Shown: positions 34,978 through 44,421, counted from the stretch's first letter. The stretch: DNA of 64,000 nt from Patescibacteria group bacterium (GCA_043817315.1 JBDRGY010000001.1:78702-142701); one strand, 5' to 3'. Made by a program: numbers and translations. The notes: generated by a model not told the origin, from the sequence alone.

Positions 34978-37944
34978 ATGGCCCAAAAGACTAAAAAATT
35001 AATCCATCTATCTGTACTTACCGCAATTTTTATGATCGGTAGTATTATTGTCCGGATGGATGAGATTGATCAAAGTACTGGAGCCTGGGCAGCAGGGAAC
35101 ACCTACTACGTTAAGACTGATGGCAGCAACAGCAATGGCGGTACCTCTTGGGATCAAGCTTGGAGTTCTATAAATTACGGTGCCAATCGGTTATCACCGG
35201 GAGATACTTTATTAGTGGCCAATGGAACTTACAACGAATCGCGTATCACCAGAGATATGACATCAGGTACTGCAGATAATCCGATTACCATCAAAGCTGA
35301 TGGCAGTAACGTTATTATTAACAGTGACAGTCACGGCTTTTGGTTGCCTGGTGGAGGCAGCTATATCACCATTGAAGGTTTTAAAATTTATCCTTCAGGA
35401 TCATGCATACTGGCCTATTACCGGATAAATGGTATGGATGGCATTACCATAAAAAATAACAGTTGTTATGGAGGAGGTATCAGTTGGCAAGAAGACGAAC
35501 AAACAGTAGATTTGGCTTCGGGAGGAAATACGATCGAGGGAAATTATCTAGAAAACGCTTCTATTGGTTTATCGGGTGGGGTTTTCGATACAATAATAAG
35601 AAATAATTATATTTTATATCATGAGTACGGAACTTGCAGGGGAATCTGTGTTGGTCATGGGGGTGTAGATTCAGATAAGCCGAGTGCTTCAGATATACTC
35701 ATTACAGAGAATACAATAATCAATACCCAGTATTTTCCTTTAAAACACACTTGTACTCTAAAGAAGGTCAGAAACGTTACTTTCTCCAATAATATTATTT
35801 ATGGCAAAAGAGATTTTTATATCTGGGGCTACCCCGATTCCGAACATATCACGATTGATCACAATACCTTTATTGACCAAAATGAAGTATCCGTTGCTAT
35901 CGCGGAAGATAGTTCACCACATAGCTTCAATCATGTAACTTTCACCAATAACTTATTTGCCGAAACCAGCGCTCCCTGGTATGGTGGGGCTTATCTTCCA
36001 ATTAGTGAACTAACTGCAGACTATAACTATTATTTCAATCCAATTAACGATGGAGTAGTCTTCCACTCCTTATGTCCCCACTCCGGAGGTCCTCACCACG
36101 CTAAATGCTATACCTTGCAGGAGTGGCAAACAGCTACTGCTAATGCCGGATATCCTCAGGGTGTGCATTCAGCAGAAGATCATAGCGGAGCCACGATTGA
36201 TGATTTATTGGTTAATCCGGCCAATTACGACTTTACCCCTAAGAACGATTCCTGGATTTGCGATCCGGCCAATTACGGCTCGGATGGGCAACCCAGAGGA
36301 GCTCTACCTTGTTCTGGTTCTGAGCCGCCAACTTGTTATGACAATGACGGGGACGGTTACGGCAACCCAGCCAGTTCGGGTTGTGAGTATCCCCAGTTAG
36401 ATTGTAATGATAATAATGATAGCGTTTGGCAGAATCGAACGGGCTATTCTGATAACGATGGTGACACCTATTATGCAGAAGATTCGATTCAGGTCTGCTC
36501 AGGCAATAGCTTGCCGGCAGGCTATCAAGCCAGTCAGGGTAATGATTGCGCCGACGCTAATCCCAATATCCATCCTGGGGCTACAGAAGTCTGTACCGGC
36601 AATAAAGACGATGATTGTGATGGAAGTGTTGATTGTGACGACTCAGATTGTCAAAATGATCAAAATTGTCAAACTCCATCTGGTCCGTCCGGTTCCGGTG
36701 GGTCTTATGAAGGGTTCGGGGCCGATACCCCTGGCGGAGTGGGACAAACAGAATTTCACGTTACCACGATAGCCGATAGCGGAGCCGGATCCTTGAGAAG
36801 TCTTTTGCAGAGTGGTGCCTCCAATAGACAAATAGTATTCGACGTTAACGGAACCATCCAACTTCAGAGCCGACTTACGATAAGCGGACATCATCTAACC
36901 ATTGATGGTACTACACCATCAGGCAATCCGATTCAGATTCAAGCAGCCAGCACCAGTCTTAATGCCGCCCTTTTTAACGTAACAGGAAATGACATAATAT
37001 TTCATAATATTAGTATGAATGATGTTAGACAGATTTCCGGGGATAATTCCGCTGACAATTTCCGCATAACTGGTCCTGATGCTTACAATATCGTAGTCGA
37101 TCATTGTACCTTCACCCGTTCCCAAGATGGCAATTTGGACATTATTCAAGGAGCCCATGACGTCACTATCCAGTGGACTATTATGGGAGACAATGTTAAA
37201 AACCAATTAATTAAGAATTGGCAGGCAGGACCGCCCCCGCCATACAATTTAACTCTTCATCATAATTTATATCTCCAGGGCGATGAGAGAAACCCACAAA
37301 TCTATGAGTCAGCTCTTTTTGACATGGTAAATAATGTAGTATACGGCTGGGCAGGAAATTATGGTACATATTTGGCCAATGGATCAGTGGGAAATTCGAT
37401 TAAGAACTACTATTTGGTTGACGCTGGTAGTGATGGCAGTGATGCGGTAATAATTATTCCCGATACAGATAATGTCTATATGGAAGGAAATGTACTGCCG
37501 GCCAACAATCAGGATATGGGCACTGCTACAAGTAGGTTTACTACACCGTTACTCTCTTCCGAAACAGATGCCGAGCAAGCTTTGCTTGAAGTAGTTAATG
37601 GGGCTGGTTCCTATCCCCGCAATTCCACTGAACTAAGTTTGATCAATAACATCTTAGACGAGTTCTCCCAATGCTCCAATAATCAACAGATAGCCACTGT
37701 TTGCTCCTGTGGAGCAGGATTGTATGATTCCGGCTATTGCTGTTCGGGTAATTGGCAGTCAGTACCTTGCGGCCAATGTGAAGAAGACTGGCAGTGTACT
37801 GATTGGTCAGAATGCAATAATAACCAGCAGGCTAGGGAATGTGTTGATCTGAACGAATGTGGTACCTATGTTAATCAACCGGATTTGGAAAAGGATTGTG
37901 ATTCTACCTCTCCGGGAGCGGTAATTGATTTACAAACAAATTAA
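34978..37944 (+). CDS. Giant surface protein of 988 aa with a TM anchor, a beta-helix domain, MopE-like Cys repeats, a PL1 pectate-lyase-like domain and a C-terminal 4-Cys module.
   Basis: AAGNTYYVKTDGSNSNGGTSWDQAW. PL1 motifs GSLRSLLQSG, IVFDVNGTI, HHLTIDG, NIVVDHCTFTRSQDGNLDI and HHNLYLQGDERNPQIYESALFDMVNN. Ends CEEDWQCTDWSECNNNQQARECVDLNECGT. Confidence 0.7.
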   Translation: MAQKTKKLIHLSVLTAIFMIGSIIVRMDEIDQSTGAWAAGNTYYVKTDGSNSNGGTSWDQAWSSINYGANRLSPGDTLLVANGTYNESRITRDMTSGTADNPITIKADGSNVIINSDSHGFWLPGGGSYITIEGFKIYPSGSCILAYYRINGMDGITIKNNSCYGGGISWQEDEQTVDLASGGNTIEGNYLENASIGLSGGVFDTIIRNNYILYHEYGTCRGICVGHGGVDSDKPSASDILITENTIINTQYFPLKHTCTLKKVRNVTFSNNIIYGKRDFYIWGYPDSEHITIDHNTFIDQNEVSVAIAEDSSPHSFNHVTFTNNLFAETSAPWYGGAYLPISELTADYNYYFNPINDGVVFHSLCPHSGGPHHAKCYTLQEWQTATANAGYPQGVHSAEDHSGATIDDLLVNPANYDFTPKNDSWICDPANYGSDGQPRGALPCSGSEPPTCYDNDGDGYGNPASSGCEYPQLDCNDNNDSVWQNRTGYSDNDGDTYYAEDSIQVCSGNSLPAGYQASQGNDCADANPNIHPGATEVCTGNKDDDCDGSVDCDDSDCQNDQNCQTPSGPSGSGGSYEGFGADTPGGVGQTEFHVTTIADSGAGSLRSLLQSGASNRQIVFDVNGTIQLQSRLTISGHHLTIDGTTPSGNPIQIQAASTSLNAALFNVTGNDIIFHNISMNDVRQISGDNSADNFRITGPDAYNIVVDHCTFTRSQDGNLDIIQGAHDVTIQWTIMGDNVKNQLIKNWQAGPPPPYNLTLHHNLYLQGDERNPQIYESALFDMVNNVVYGWAGNYGTYLANGSVGNSIKNYYLVDAGSDGSDAVIIIPDTDNVYMEGNVLPANNQDMGTATSRFTTPLLSSETDAEQALLEVVNGAGSYPRNSTELSLINNILDEFSQCSNNQQIATVCSCGAGLYDSGYCCSGNWQSVPCGQCEEDWQCTDWSECNNNQQARECVDLNECGTYVNQPDLEKDCDSTSPGAVIDLQTN

Positions 37945-37963
37945 TAATTACTATAATAAAATT

Positions 37964-40900
37964 ATGAAAGAACAACAAGTTAAAATCAGAACAAAGGAGG
38001 CGATTGGGCTAGCCAGCCGGATAGAGCTTTATATCGGAATCATCGCTGCTTCCACAGTGACCATTGTGGTGATCGTGATGACGCTGGCTCCACAATTTAT
38101 TATACCTACTATCCAGCTGCCTGGAATTTTGCTGTGGGACGAAACCAATTCGGTCATTTTAACCTGGACCGCTCCTGGTGATGACCTCAACATTGGTACG
38201 GCCACTTCTTATGACATTCGCTATGCCACTAGTCCAATCACCGAAGCCAATTGGAGCAGTGCTATCGAAGTAGTTGGTGAGCCCGATCCCCAAGCGGCCG
38301 GCACCGAGGAATCTTTCCAGGTTACTGATTTAACTCACAATACCAGTTACTACTTTGCGCTAAAAGCGGTAGATGAGGCTGGTAACTGGTCCGAGCTTTC
38401 TAATATTGCCACCAAGACGACTCTTTGTGAAGAATCATGGTCCTGTACCAGCTGGTCAGATTGTTCTGATGGCTACCGCACCAGAGAATGCACTGATATG
38501 AATGATTGTGGGACCTATGTTGATCAACCCGATATGAGCCAAATCTGTGTCTGTAATGACGGAGATGGAGACGGTTACGGTAATTGCCCAGAATGCGGTA
38601 GAGACTATAATTGTATTTTTGAAGGAGATGATTGTAACGATAATAACGGCAATGTCTGGCAATACCTAAACGGCTATCCCGATGCTGACAGCGACAATTA
38701 TGATTCTGAGATTTCGGAACAGATATGTTCCGGTGATAACCTGCCCGGCGGCTACACCTATCTAGAGGGCGATGACTGTAATGACAGTAATCCCAATATT
38801 AATCCGGGCATAGCCGATATCTGTGAAGACGGGGTTGATAGCGATTGCTCCGGAGCTGATGCTGAATGTGCCTTATGTCAAAATGGACAAATAGTACCGG
38901 CCGGTTGTCAGTGCGGTGGAAGTAATTATTATGAAGGTCATTGTTGTGATGACGTTTGGCAGACCGAACCTTGTCTCACTGTAGAATGCTCTGATGGTGA
39001 CGGGGATGGATATGGTGTCTGTCCTGAATGTGGCACTGACTATAATTGTGACTACGAAGGTGATGACTGTGACGATACCAATCAAAACGTAAACCCGGGC
39101 ACTACGGAATCGTGTGCCAATGAAATCGATGATGATTGTGATGAGCTTGTCGATTGTAACGATGGAATTGATTGTTCAGGTAATGCAGCCTGCATCTGTG
39201 AAGAAGATTGGTCCTGTACCGATTGGACGGCCTGCAGCAACGGATATCAGACCAGGGAATGCGTTGATCTCAATCAATGTGGCACTTATACCAATCAGCC
39301 AGATCTGACTCTTGAGTGTCAGTGTACAGACGTTGATCAGGACGGTTACGGAATCTGTCCGGAATGTGGCCTTGACTACGGCTGTGACTACCAAGGAGAA
39401 GATTGTGATGATTATAACAACAGCGTTTGGCAATATCTGAACGGCTATCCTGATGCCGATAGTGACAACTACGATTCCGAAATTCCAGAACAACTTTGCA
39501 CCGGCGATAACCTGCCCAGTGGCTACACCGGTACAGTAGGTGATGACTGCAATGATGATAACCCCCAAATCAATCCGGGCTTAGCTGATATTTGTGAGGA
39601 CGGCATTGATAATAATTGCTCCGGAGAAGACACTAACTGTGCCTTATGCGAAAGTGGTCAAATATCATCGACGGGTTGTCAATGCGGCGGGACCAATTAT
39701 TACCAAGGTCATTGTTGTGATAATGTCTGGCAGTCTGGACCTTGTCCTAATATAGTATGTTCTGATGTTGATCAAGACGGCTATGGTACCTGTCCGGAGT
39801 GCGGAACAGATTATAACTGTGATTATGATGGAGACGATTGTAATGATTCCAATCAAGCGGTAAATCCGGGGGCTACCGAAGCTTGTACTAATGACATTGA
39901 TGATGATTGTGATAACTTAATAGACTGTAATGACGAAATTGATTGTAATCAAGACCCAATCTGTATAGATAATAACGGTTGTGAAGAAGAATGGTATTGC
40001 TCGGATTGGACAGCCTGTCAACAAGGACAGCAATCCCGTGTCTGTCTTGATCTCAATCAATGTGGCACTATCGCTGAGAAGCCGCTTGAATTACAATCAT
40101 GTGTTTGTAACGAAGCTTGGTCCTGCACTGAATGGTCAGTTTGTGTTAAAGGAAAAAAGTCACGAGTCTGTGCCGATTTGAACAGTTGTGGCACTGACAC
40201 CAATCAACCGGACGAAAGCCAGAATTGTCAGGTTCCCGGTGAACCAACCGAGCCCACAGAACCAACCGAGCCCACAGAACCAACCGAACCGACAACTCCC
40301 TGTGAAGAAGGCTGGGAGTGCACTGATTGGTCTGCTGAATGTATCGATAGCCTGCAGACCAGGACCTGCACTGACACCAATAGTTGTGGTACAGAAACAT
40401 ACAAGCCAGGGGAGAGCCGCGAATGTGATGTTGTTGGTGGACCCGAAGACTTACCGGATATTGAGTGGAAAGAGACTTTCATCATAACGGCTACCAACGA
40501 AGGAGTCAGCCCTCAGATTCGAATCTTTAATAGAGATGGTAAGCTCCAGAGCGAGTTCTACGCTTTTGAAGAAAGCCACATTGGCGGCATCAACGTTGCT
40601 GCTACCGATTTGGGTGGTGACGGAATATCGGAGATTGTGGTAGGAGCCGGAGAAGGTTATTATCCTGTCGTCAGAATTTTCGATGCTCACGGTTATTTAA
40701 TAAACAGCTTCCTAGCCTACGATGAAGGATTTCGTGGAGGAGTGTCTGTGGCAGCCGGTGATCTGGACGGTGACGGCATAGCCGAGATTGTTACTGCCCC
40801 CTATTCCAACGGGGGTTCCAATATTCGTATCTTTGGCTACCGTGATGGAGTTTATCGACCGGTTATCGAGAACTTCTTTGCCTATACGGTCCATTACCGC

Positions 40901-41422
40901 AACGGCATATCTCTAGCTGTCTGCGATTTGGATAATAGCGGTCAGTCAGAGATAATTACTGTGCCCAGGAAGAATGCTACTTCTCATATGAGAATATTCG
41001 GTTATCGTAATGGTGTCTACCGTCCAGTAATTCTTGGTTTGATGGCTTATAATGTTAACTTCAAAGGAGGAGTTAACGTAGGTTGCGGTGATACCAATAT
41101 TAACGGAAAAGATGAGATAATTTCCGGACCAGCCCACTGGGGCAGCCCTCATGTTAGAATATTAGGACACAGTTCTAAGTTGCGAACCATTGGATTGTTA
41201 AGTTCCGGGTTCTGGGCCTTTAATACCGATTTCCGTGGTGGTATCTACACAGCAACCGGTGATTTTGACTATAACTATAGCCAAGAGATTGTAGTTTCGG
41301 TGGCCAGCGGAGACAGGTCCTTAATTAGAATCTACTATCCTGACGGCAACTTGATGACAGAGTTCGTAGCTTACCCCGATGATTATCAAAACGGAGTTAG
41401 TATTGCCACTGGGCAGTTCTAG
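37964..41422 (+). CDS. Giant surface protein of about 1152 aa from the ATG at 37964; the ORF track starts it at a TTG at 37925. It has a TM anchor, an FN3 domain, five 4-Cys modules interleaved with about six MopE-like DGDGYG repeats, a (PTE)n linker and a C-terminal FG-GAP propeller.
   Basis: FN3 segment LTWTAPGDDLNIGTATSYDIRYATS...SYYFALKAVDEAGNWS aligns with the 22150 protein. Repeats CNDGDGDGYGNCPECG...DDCNDNNGN, and similar, repeated. PTEPTEPTEPTEPTEPTTP linker. FG-GAP blades FRGGVSVAAGDLDGDGIAEIV. Tail VSIATGQF. Confidence 0.7.
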   Translation: MKEQQVKIRTKEAIGLASRIELYIGIIAASTVTIVVIVMTLAPQFIIPTIQLPGILLWDETNSVILTWTAPGDDLNIGTATSYDIRYATSPITEANWSSAIEVVGEPDPQAAGTEESFQVTDLTHNTSYYFALKAVDEAGNWSELSNIATKTTLCEESWSCTSWSDCSDGYRTRECTDMNDCGTYVDQPDMSQICVCNDGDGDGYGNCPECGRDYNCIFEGDDCNDNNGNVWQYLNGYPDADSDNYDSEISEQICSGDNLPGGYTYLEGDDCNDSNPNINPGIADICEDGVDSDCSGADAECALCQNGQIVPAGCQCGGSNYYEGHCCDDVWQTEPCLTVECSDGDGDGYGVCPECGTDYNCDYEGDDCDDTNQNVNPGTTESCANEIDDDCDELVDCNDGIDCSGNAACICEEDWSCTDWTACSNGYQTRECVDLNQCGTYTNQPDLTLECQCTDVDQDGYGICPECGLDYGCDYQGEDCDDYNNSVWQYLNGYPDADSDNYDSEIPEQLCTGDNLPSGYTGTVGDDCNDDNPQINPGLADICEDGIDNNCSGEDTNCALCESGQISSTGCQCGGTNYYQGHCCDNVWQSGPCPNIVCSDVDQDGYGTCPECGTDYNCDYDGDDCNDSNQAVNPGATEACTNDIDDDCDNLIDCNDEIDCNQDPICIDNNGCEEEWYCSDWTACQQGQQSRVCLDLNQCGTIAEKPLELQSCVCNEAWSCTEWSVCVKGKKSRVCADLNSCGTDTNQPDESQNCQVPGEPTEPTEPTEPTEPTEPTTPCEEGWECTDWSAECIDSLQTRTCTDTNSCGTETYKPGESRECDVVGGPEDLPDIEWKETFIITATNEGVSPQIRIFNRDGKLQSEFYAFEESHIGGINVAATDLGGDGISEIVVGAGEGYYPVVRIFDAHGYLINSFLAYDEGFRGGVSVAAGDLDGDGIAEIVTAPYSNGGSNIRIFGYRDGVYRPVIENFFAYTVHYRNGISLAVCDLDNSGQSEIITVPRKNATSHMRIFGYRNGVYRPVILGLMAYNVNFKGGVNVGCGDTNINGKDEIISGPAHWGSPHVRILGHSSKLRTIGLLSSGFWAFNTDFRGGIYTATGDFDYNYSQEIVVSVASGDRSLIRIYYPDGNLMTEFVAYPDDYQNGVSIATGQF
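40241..40294. repeat. Tandem 18-bp repeat (gaaccaaccgagcccaca, three copies, the last diverged) encoding the (PTE)n linker.
   Basis: Direct tandem copies at 40241-40258, 40259-40276 and 40277-40294. Confidence 0.8.
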
Positions 41423-41442
41423 ATAGTAAAAATCAAATAGTC

Positions 41443-41458
41443 TGCTATAATGGGGAGG
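41443..41458 (+). promoter_or_regulatory. Extended -10 element TGCTATAAT followed by GGGGAGG, 1-8 nt upstream of the ATG at 41460. This is a possible promoter for a leaderless or short-leader mRNA. No good -35 box is present.
   Basis: tctgctataatggggaggtATG read directly from the sequence. Confidence 0.3.
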
Positions 41459-41459
41459 T

Positions 41460-41993
41460 ATGTTAGACCTCCCCATTTTTATTATTCTCTTTTTGGCCAT
41501 CATCACTGTGTTTGGTACAGCCGCCTGGGCCGGACTTTTGGCGGCTCCTTTCGTGCCTACCAAGAAAAAGGACATTAAGCGGATGCTTACTCTGGCTCAG
41601 GTAAAGGCCAGTGACCAGATTTACGAACTGGGATCAGGAGACGGCCGGATCGCCCAGGTGGCTGCTAAAGAGTTTGGAGCTCGGGTCCAGGGAATTGAGA
41701 TATCCTTTCTGCCGTATATAATTTCTAAAATCAGGATGAGACTGACCGGATTGTCCGACCGAGTAAAGATTGCTTACGGAAATTTTTATAAAGTTGATCT
41801 GAAAAATGCCGATGTGGTCATTTGTTTTCTGACTCCAATGGCCATGAAGAAACTGAGCCCCAAATTTAGGAAAGAGCTTAAGCAAGGAGCCCGGGTAGTT
41901 TCCTACGCCTTTCCCCTAAAAGATTGGTCACCGCAAAAAGTAAATAAACCCCACAAAGGGGATGTAGCAGTCTTTCTGTACGGAATTGACTGA
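41460..41993 (+). CDS. Membrane-anchored class I SAM-dependent methyltransferase of 177 aa.
   Basis: N-terminal hydrophobic helix. Motif I YELGSGDGRIA and motif II DVVICFL of Rossmann methyltransferases. Confidence 0.7.
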   Translation: MLDLPIFIILFLAIITVFGTAAWAGLLAAPFVPTKKKDIKRMLTLAQVKASDQIYELGSGDGRIAQVAAKEFGARVQGIEISFLPYIISKIRMRLTGLSDRVKIAYGNFYKVDLKNADVVICFLTPMAMKKLSPKFRKELKQGARVVSYAFPLKDWSPQKVNKPHKGDVAVFLYGID

Positions 41994-42117
41994 TTGGTGA
42001 CCCTTTGCTACATTAAAGGTGCCAAAAATAGAAAAAGTCAAACAAAAAGACCTAAAGTAAAAACAGAAGAAAACATCAAAAGAGGCATAAAAAACTAAAT
42101 AAAAAGGAAATAAATAT

Positions 42118-42690
42118 ATGAAAGAAACAAAAATGATCGACCAAAATAAAATGGCCATGATAAAACAAATGATTGAGAGCGCTGCAGCTAGTCTGCAATC
42201 AGCCAAACAAATGGTGATTGAGTTAGCTGGCGGCGATCCTGCCCTGGATCACTCACAAAAAGCAAAAGAAGTCGGTTCCAGCGATGAATCAGAGTCTGGC
42301 CGAGTTATCGAAGGAGTCTTTGACGGGCAAAACATGATTGGCCCCGAAGGCAAACAATATAGTGTGCCAGCCAATTACTCATCCAAGTCTAAATTAGTTG
42401 AGGGAGACACTCTTAAGCTGACCATCACTTCTGATGGGTCATTTATTTATAAGCAGATCGGTCCGGTGGAGCGCAGAAGGATGGTTGGTGCCTTAATCAA
42501 GGATGATAAAACAGGTGAATTTCATGTTTTGGCGGGCGGTAAAGCTTACAGTGTGCTGTTGGCGTCAGTAACTTACTTTAAGGGTGACCCCGATGACGAA
42601 GCAGTGATTCTAGTCCCCAAAGAGGAAGAAAGTACCTGGGCAGCTGTAGAAAACGTTGTTAAGAAAAAATATCAAGAAACAGATAGCTAA
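42118..42690 (+). CDS. Hypothetical protein of 190 aa upstream of dnaX.
   Basis: ORF with AAAGGA 8 nt upstream of the ATG. No family recognised. Confidence 0.5.
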   Translation: MKETKMIDQNKMAMIKQMIESAAASLQSAKQMVIELAGGDPALDHSQKAKEVGSSDESESGRVIEGVFDGQNMIGPEGKQYSVPANYSSKSKLVEGDTLKLTITSDGSFIYKQIGPVERRRMVGALIKDDKTGEFHVLAGGKAYSVLLASVTYFKGDPDDEAVILVPKEEESTWAAVENVVKKKYQETDS

Positions 42691-42720
42691 AAAATTCATA
42701 TAGTATATATCAACCGAAAA

Positions 42721-44256
42721 ATGGCCCTGGCTTTGTATAGAAAATATAGACCACAGACCTTTTCCGAGATGGTTGGTCAAAATCACATCAAGGTAACTCT
42801 GCTAAATGAGATAGAAGCGAATAGAGTGGCCCACGCTTATTTATTTACAGGACCGAGGGGTATCGGAAAAACCACAACCGCTCGTCTTTTGGCCAAGGCC
42901 GTAAATTGTCACCATCCCAAAAAAGGAGAACCTTGTGATAATTGTGACTTCTGCCGAGAAATTAAAGAAGCTCACTCTATTGATCTGATTGAGATTGATG
43001 CTGCCTCCCATACCGGAGTAGACAACGTGCGGGAAAATATTATAGAGAATGCCCGCTTTGCTCCGTCCCGGTCAAAATTTAAAGTGTTTATTATCGACGA
43101 AGTACACATGCTTTCGATATCTGCCTTTAATGCCTTACTTAAGATTATTGAGGAACCGCCTGAGCATGTGATATTTATTTTAGCTACCACTGAGGTGCAT
43201 AAGGTGCCAGAAACTATTATCTCCCGATGTCAGCGTTTCGATTTCAAAAAAATCAACTACATAGATATTGTAAACCGACTTAACTGGATAATTGAGCAGG
43301 AGAAAATCAAAGTTGATAAGTCCATTTTAGAAATTATCGCTCGTCGGGCTGATGGTAGTATCCGTGACGGAGAAAGTATTTTGGGCCAAGTGTTAGCCCT
43401 GGACGAAAAAGAGATTAATTATGACCAAGCAATGTTGATCCTGCCTCGTTCCGATATCCAATTGGTGTTTCAATTGGTCCAGCATCTTGTCAAAAAAGAT
43501 GCCAGTGCCGGCATTGGCTTGGTTAACAAATTATTAGAGGAGGGAGTAAATCTAGTCCAGTTTAATTACGAGTTAATAGAATTTTTAAGAAAACTGATAT
43601 TGATTAAAGTAGTGGGAAGTCTAGACACCTTTTCCGCCCTGGAGTTCGACAAGGACACTGAAAAAGAGATTCTGGAAATAAGTCAATCAGCCGATCTGGA
43701 TCTGCTAATGACCATGATTAAGAAATTCATCGGGATTGAGCGGGATCTAAAAACAGCTACAGATTTACCCCAGTTACCTTTGGAATTGGTAGTAGTGGAA
43801 CTATGCCAAGAAGAGGGGAGAGATAATGACGATACTAGTCCACCTCAACCAGAACAGGTAAAATCTACTGCCAAGCCGCCAAAGGAAAAAAGTAAACCAG
43901 CCAAAAAAGCCGATCCCAAAGCTATCCTGCCCCAAAAACAAGCAGAAAAATTTTGGAATAAAACCATTAAAGAATTATCAAAAGAAAACCATTCTCTAGC
44001 CCTGATGTTAAGAACTGGTTTTCTGGCGGATATGGAAGGTAATCAGATTATGATAGGCGTTTCTTATCAGATACATTTTGATCATTTGAAGAGACCTAAG
44101 AACCTGGAGCTTATCGAAAATACCTATAGGAAAATATCTGGTCAGCCCACAAAGATTAAGATTGTATTATCAGAAAAAAGAGAAACTAAAGAAGAGGAAA
44201 AGACAAATTCATTTGATTCTGTTTTACAGACTTTTGGAGGTAAAGTAGTTAATTAA
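42721..44256 (+). CDS. dnaX: DNA polymerase III subunit gamma/tau
   Basis: YRPQTFSEMVGQ, Walker A GPRGIGKTTTARLLAKAVNC, zinc-module Cys (CHHPKKGEPCDNCDFC), DEVHML and the sensor SRCQRF. Confidence 0.9.
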   Translation: MALALYRKYRPQTFSEMVGQNHIKVTLLNEIEANRVAHAYLFTGPRGIGKTTTARLLAKAVNCHHPKKGEPCDNCDFCREIKEAHSIDLIEIDAASHTGVDNVRENIIENARFAPSRSKFKVFIIDEVHMLSISAFNALLKIIEEPPEHVIFILATTEVHKVPETIISRCQRFDFKKINYIDIVNRLNWIIEQEKIKVDKSILEIIARRADGSIRDGESILGQVLALDEKEINYDQAMLILPRSDIQLVFQLVQHLVKKDASAGIGLVNKLLEEGVNLVQFNYELIEFLRKLILIKVVGSLDTFSALEFDKDTEKEILEISQSADLDLLMTMIKKFIGIERDLKTATDLPQLPLELVVVELCQEEGRDNDDTSPPQPEQVKSTAKPPKEKSKPAKKADPKAILPQKQAEKFWNKTIKELSKENHSLALMLRTGFLADMEGNQIMIGVSYQIHFDHLKRPKNLELIENTYRKISGQPTKIKIVLSEKRETKEEEKTNSFDSVLQTFGGKVVN

Positions 44257-44333
44257 TCATTGTTCCGGGGTCGCCTGCCTACCGGTAGGCAGGGCAGGCA
44301 GGTCTGATTGGCAATGGAACACCGGCGCAAAGC

Positions 44334-44405
44334 TCCGGGATCGTCTAATTGGTAGGACACCAGATTCTGGCTCTGGCAATCTAGGTTCGAGACCTAGTCC
44401 CGGAG
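44334..44405 (+). tRNA. tRNA-Gln (anticodon CUG). CCA is not encoded.
   Basis: Manual cloverleaf. Acceptor stem TCCGGGA/TCCCGGA. D-stem GTCT/GGAC with a GG loop. Anticodon stem CCAGA/TCTGG with loop TTCTGGC. 4-nt variable loop. T-arm CTAGG-TTCGAGA-CCTAG. Discriminator G. Confidence 0.8.
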
Positions 44406-44421
44406 CTTTGCGCCGGAGCAT

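Noticed and set aside
10404-41422. Whether the MopE-like and 4-Cys repeat periodicity could be a CRISPR array or a mobile-element repeat set.
   Set aside because: The repeats are in-frame protein modules of 100-130 nt with only about 60-80% nucleotide identity and no spacer-repeat regularity. No cas genes, transposase, integrase or terminal inverted repeats were seen anywhere in the window.
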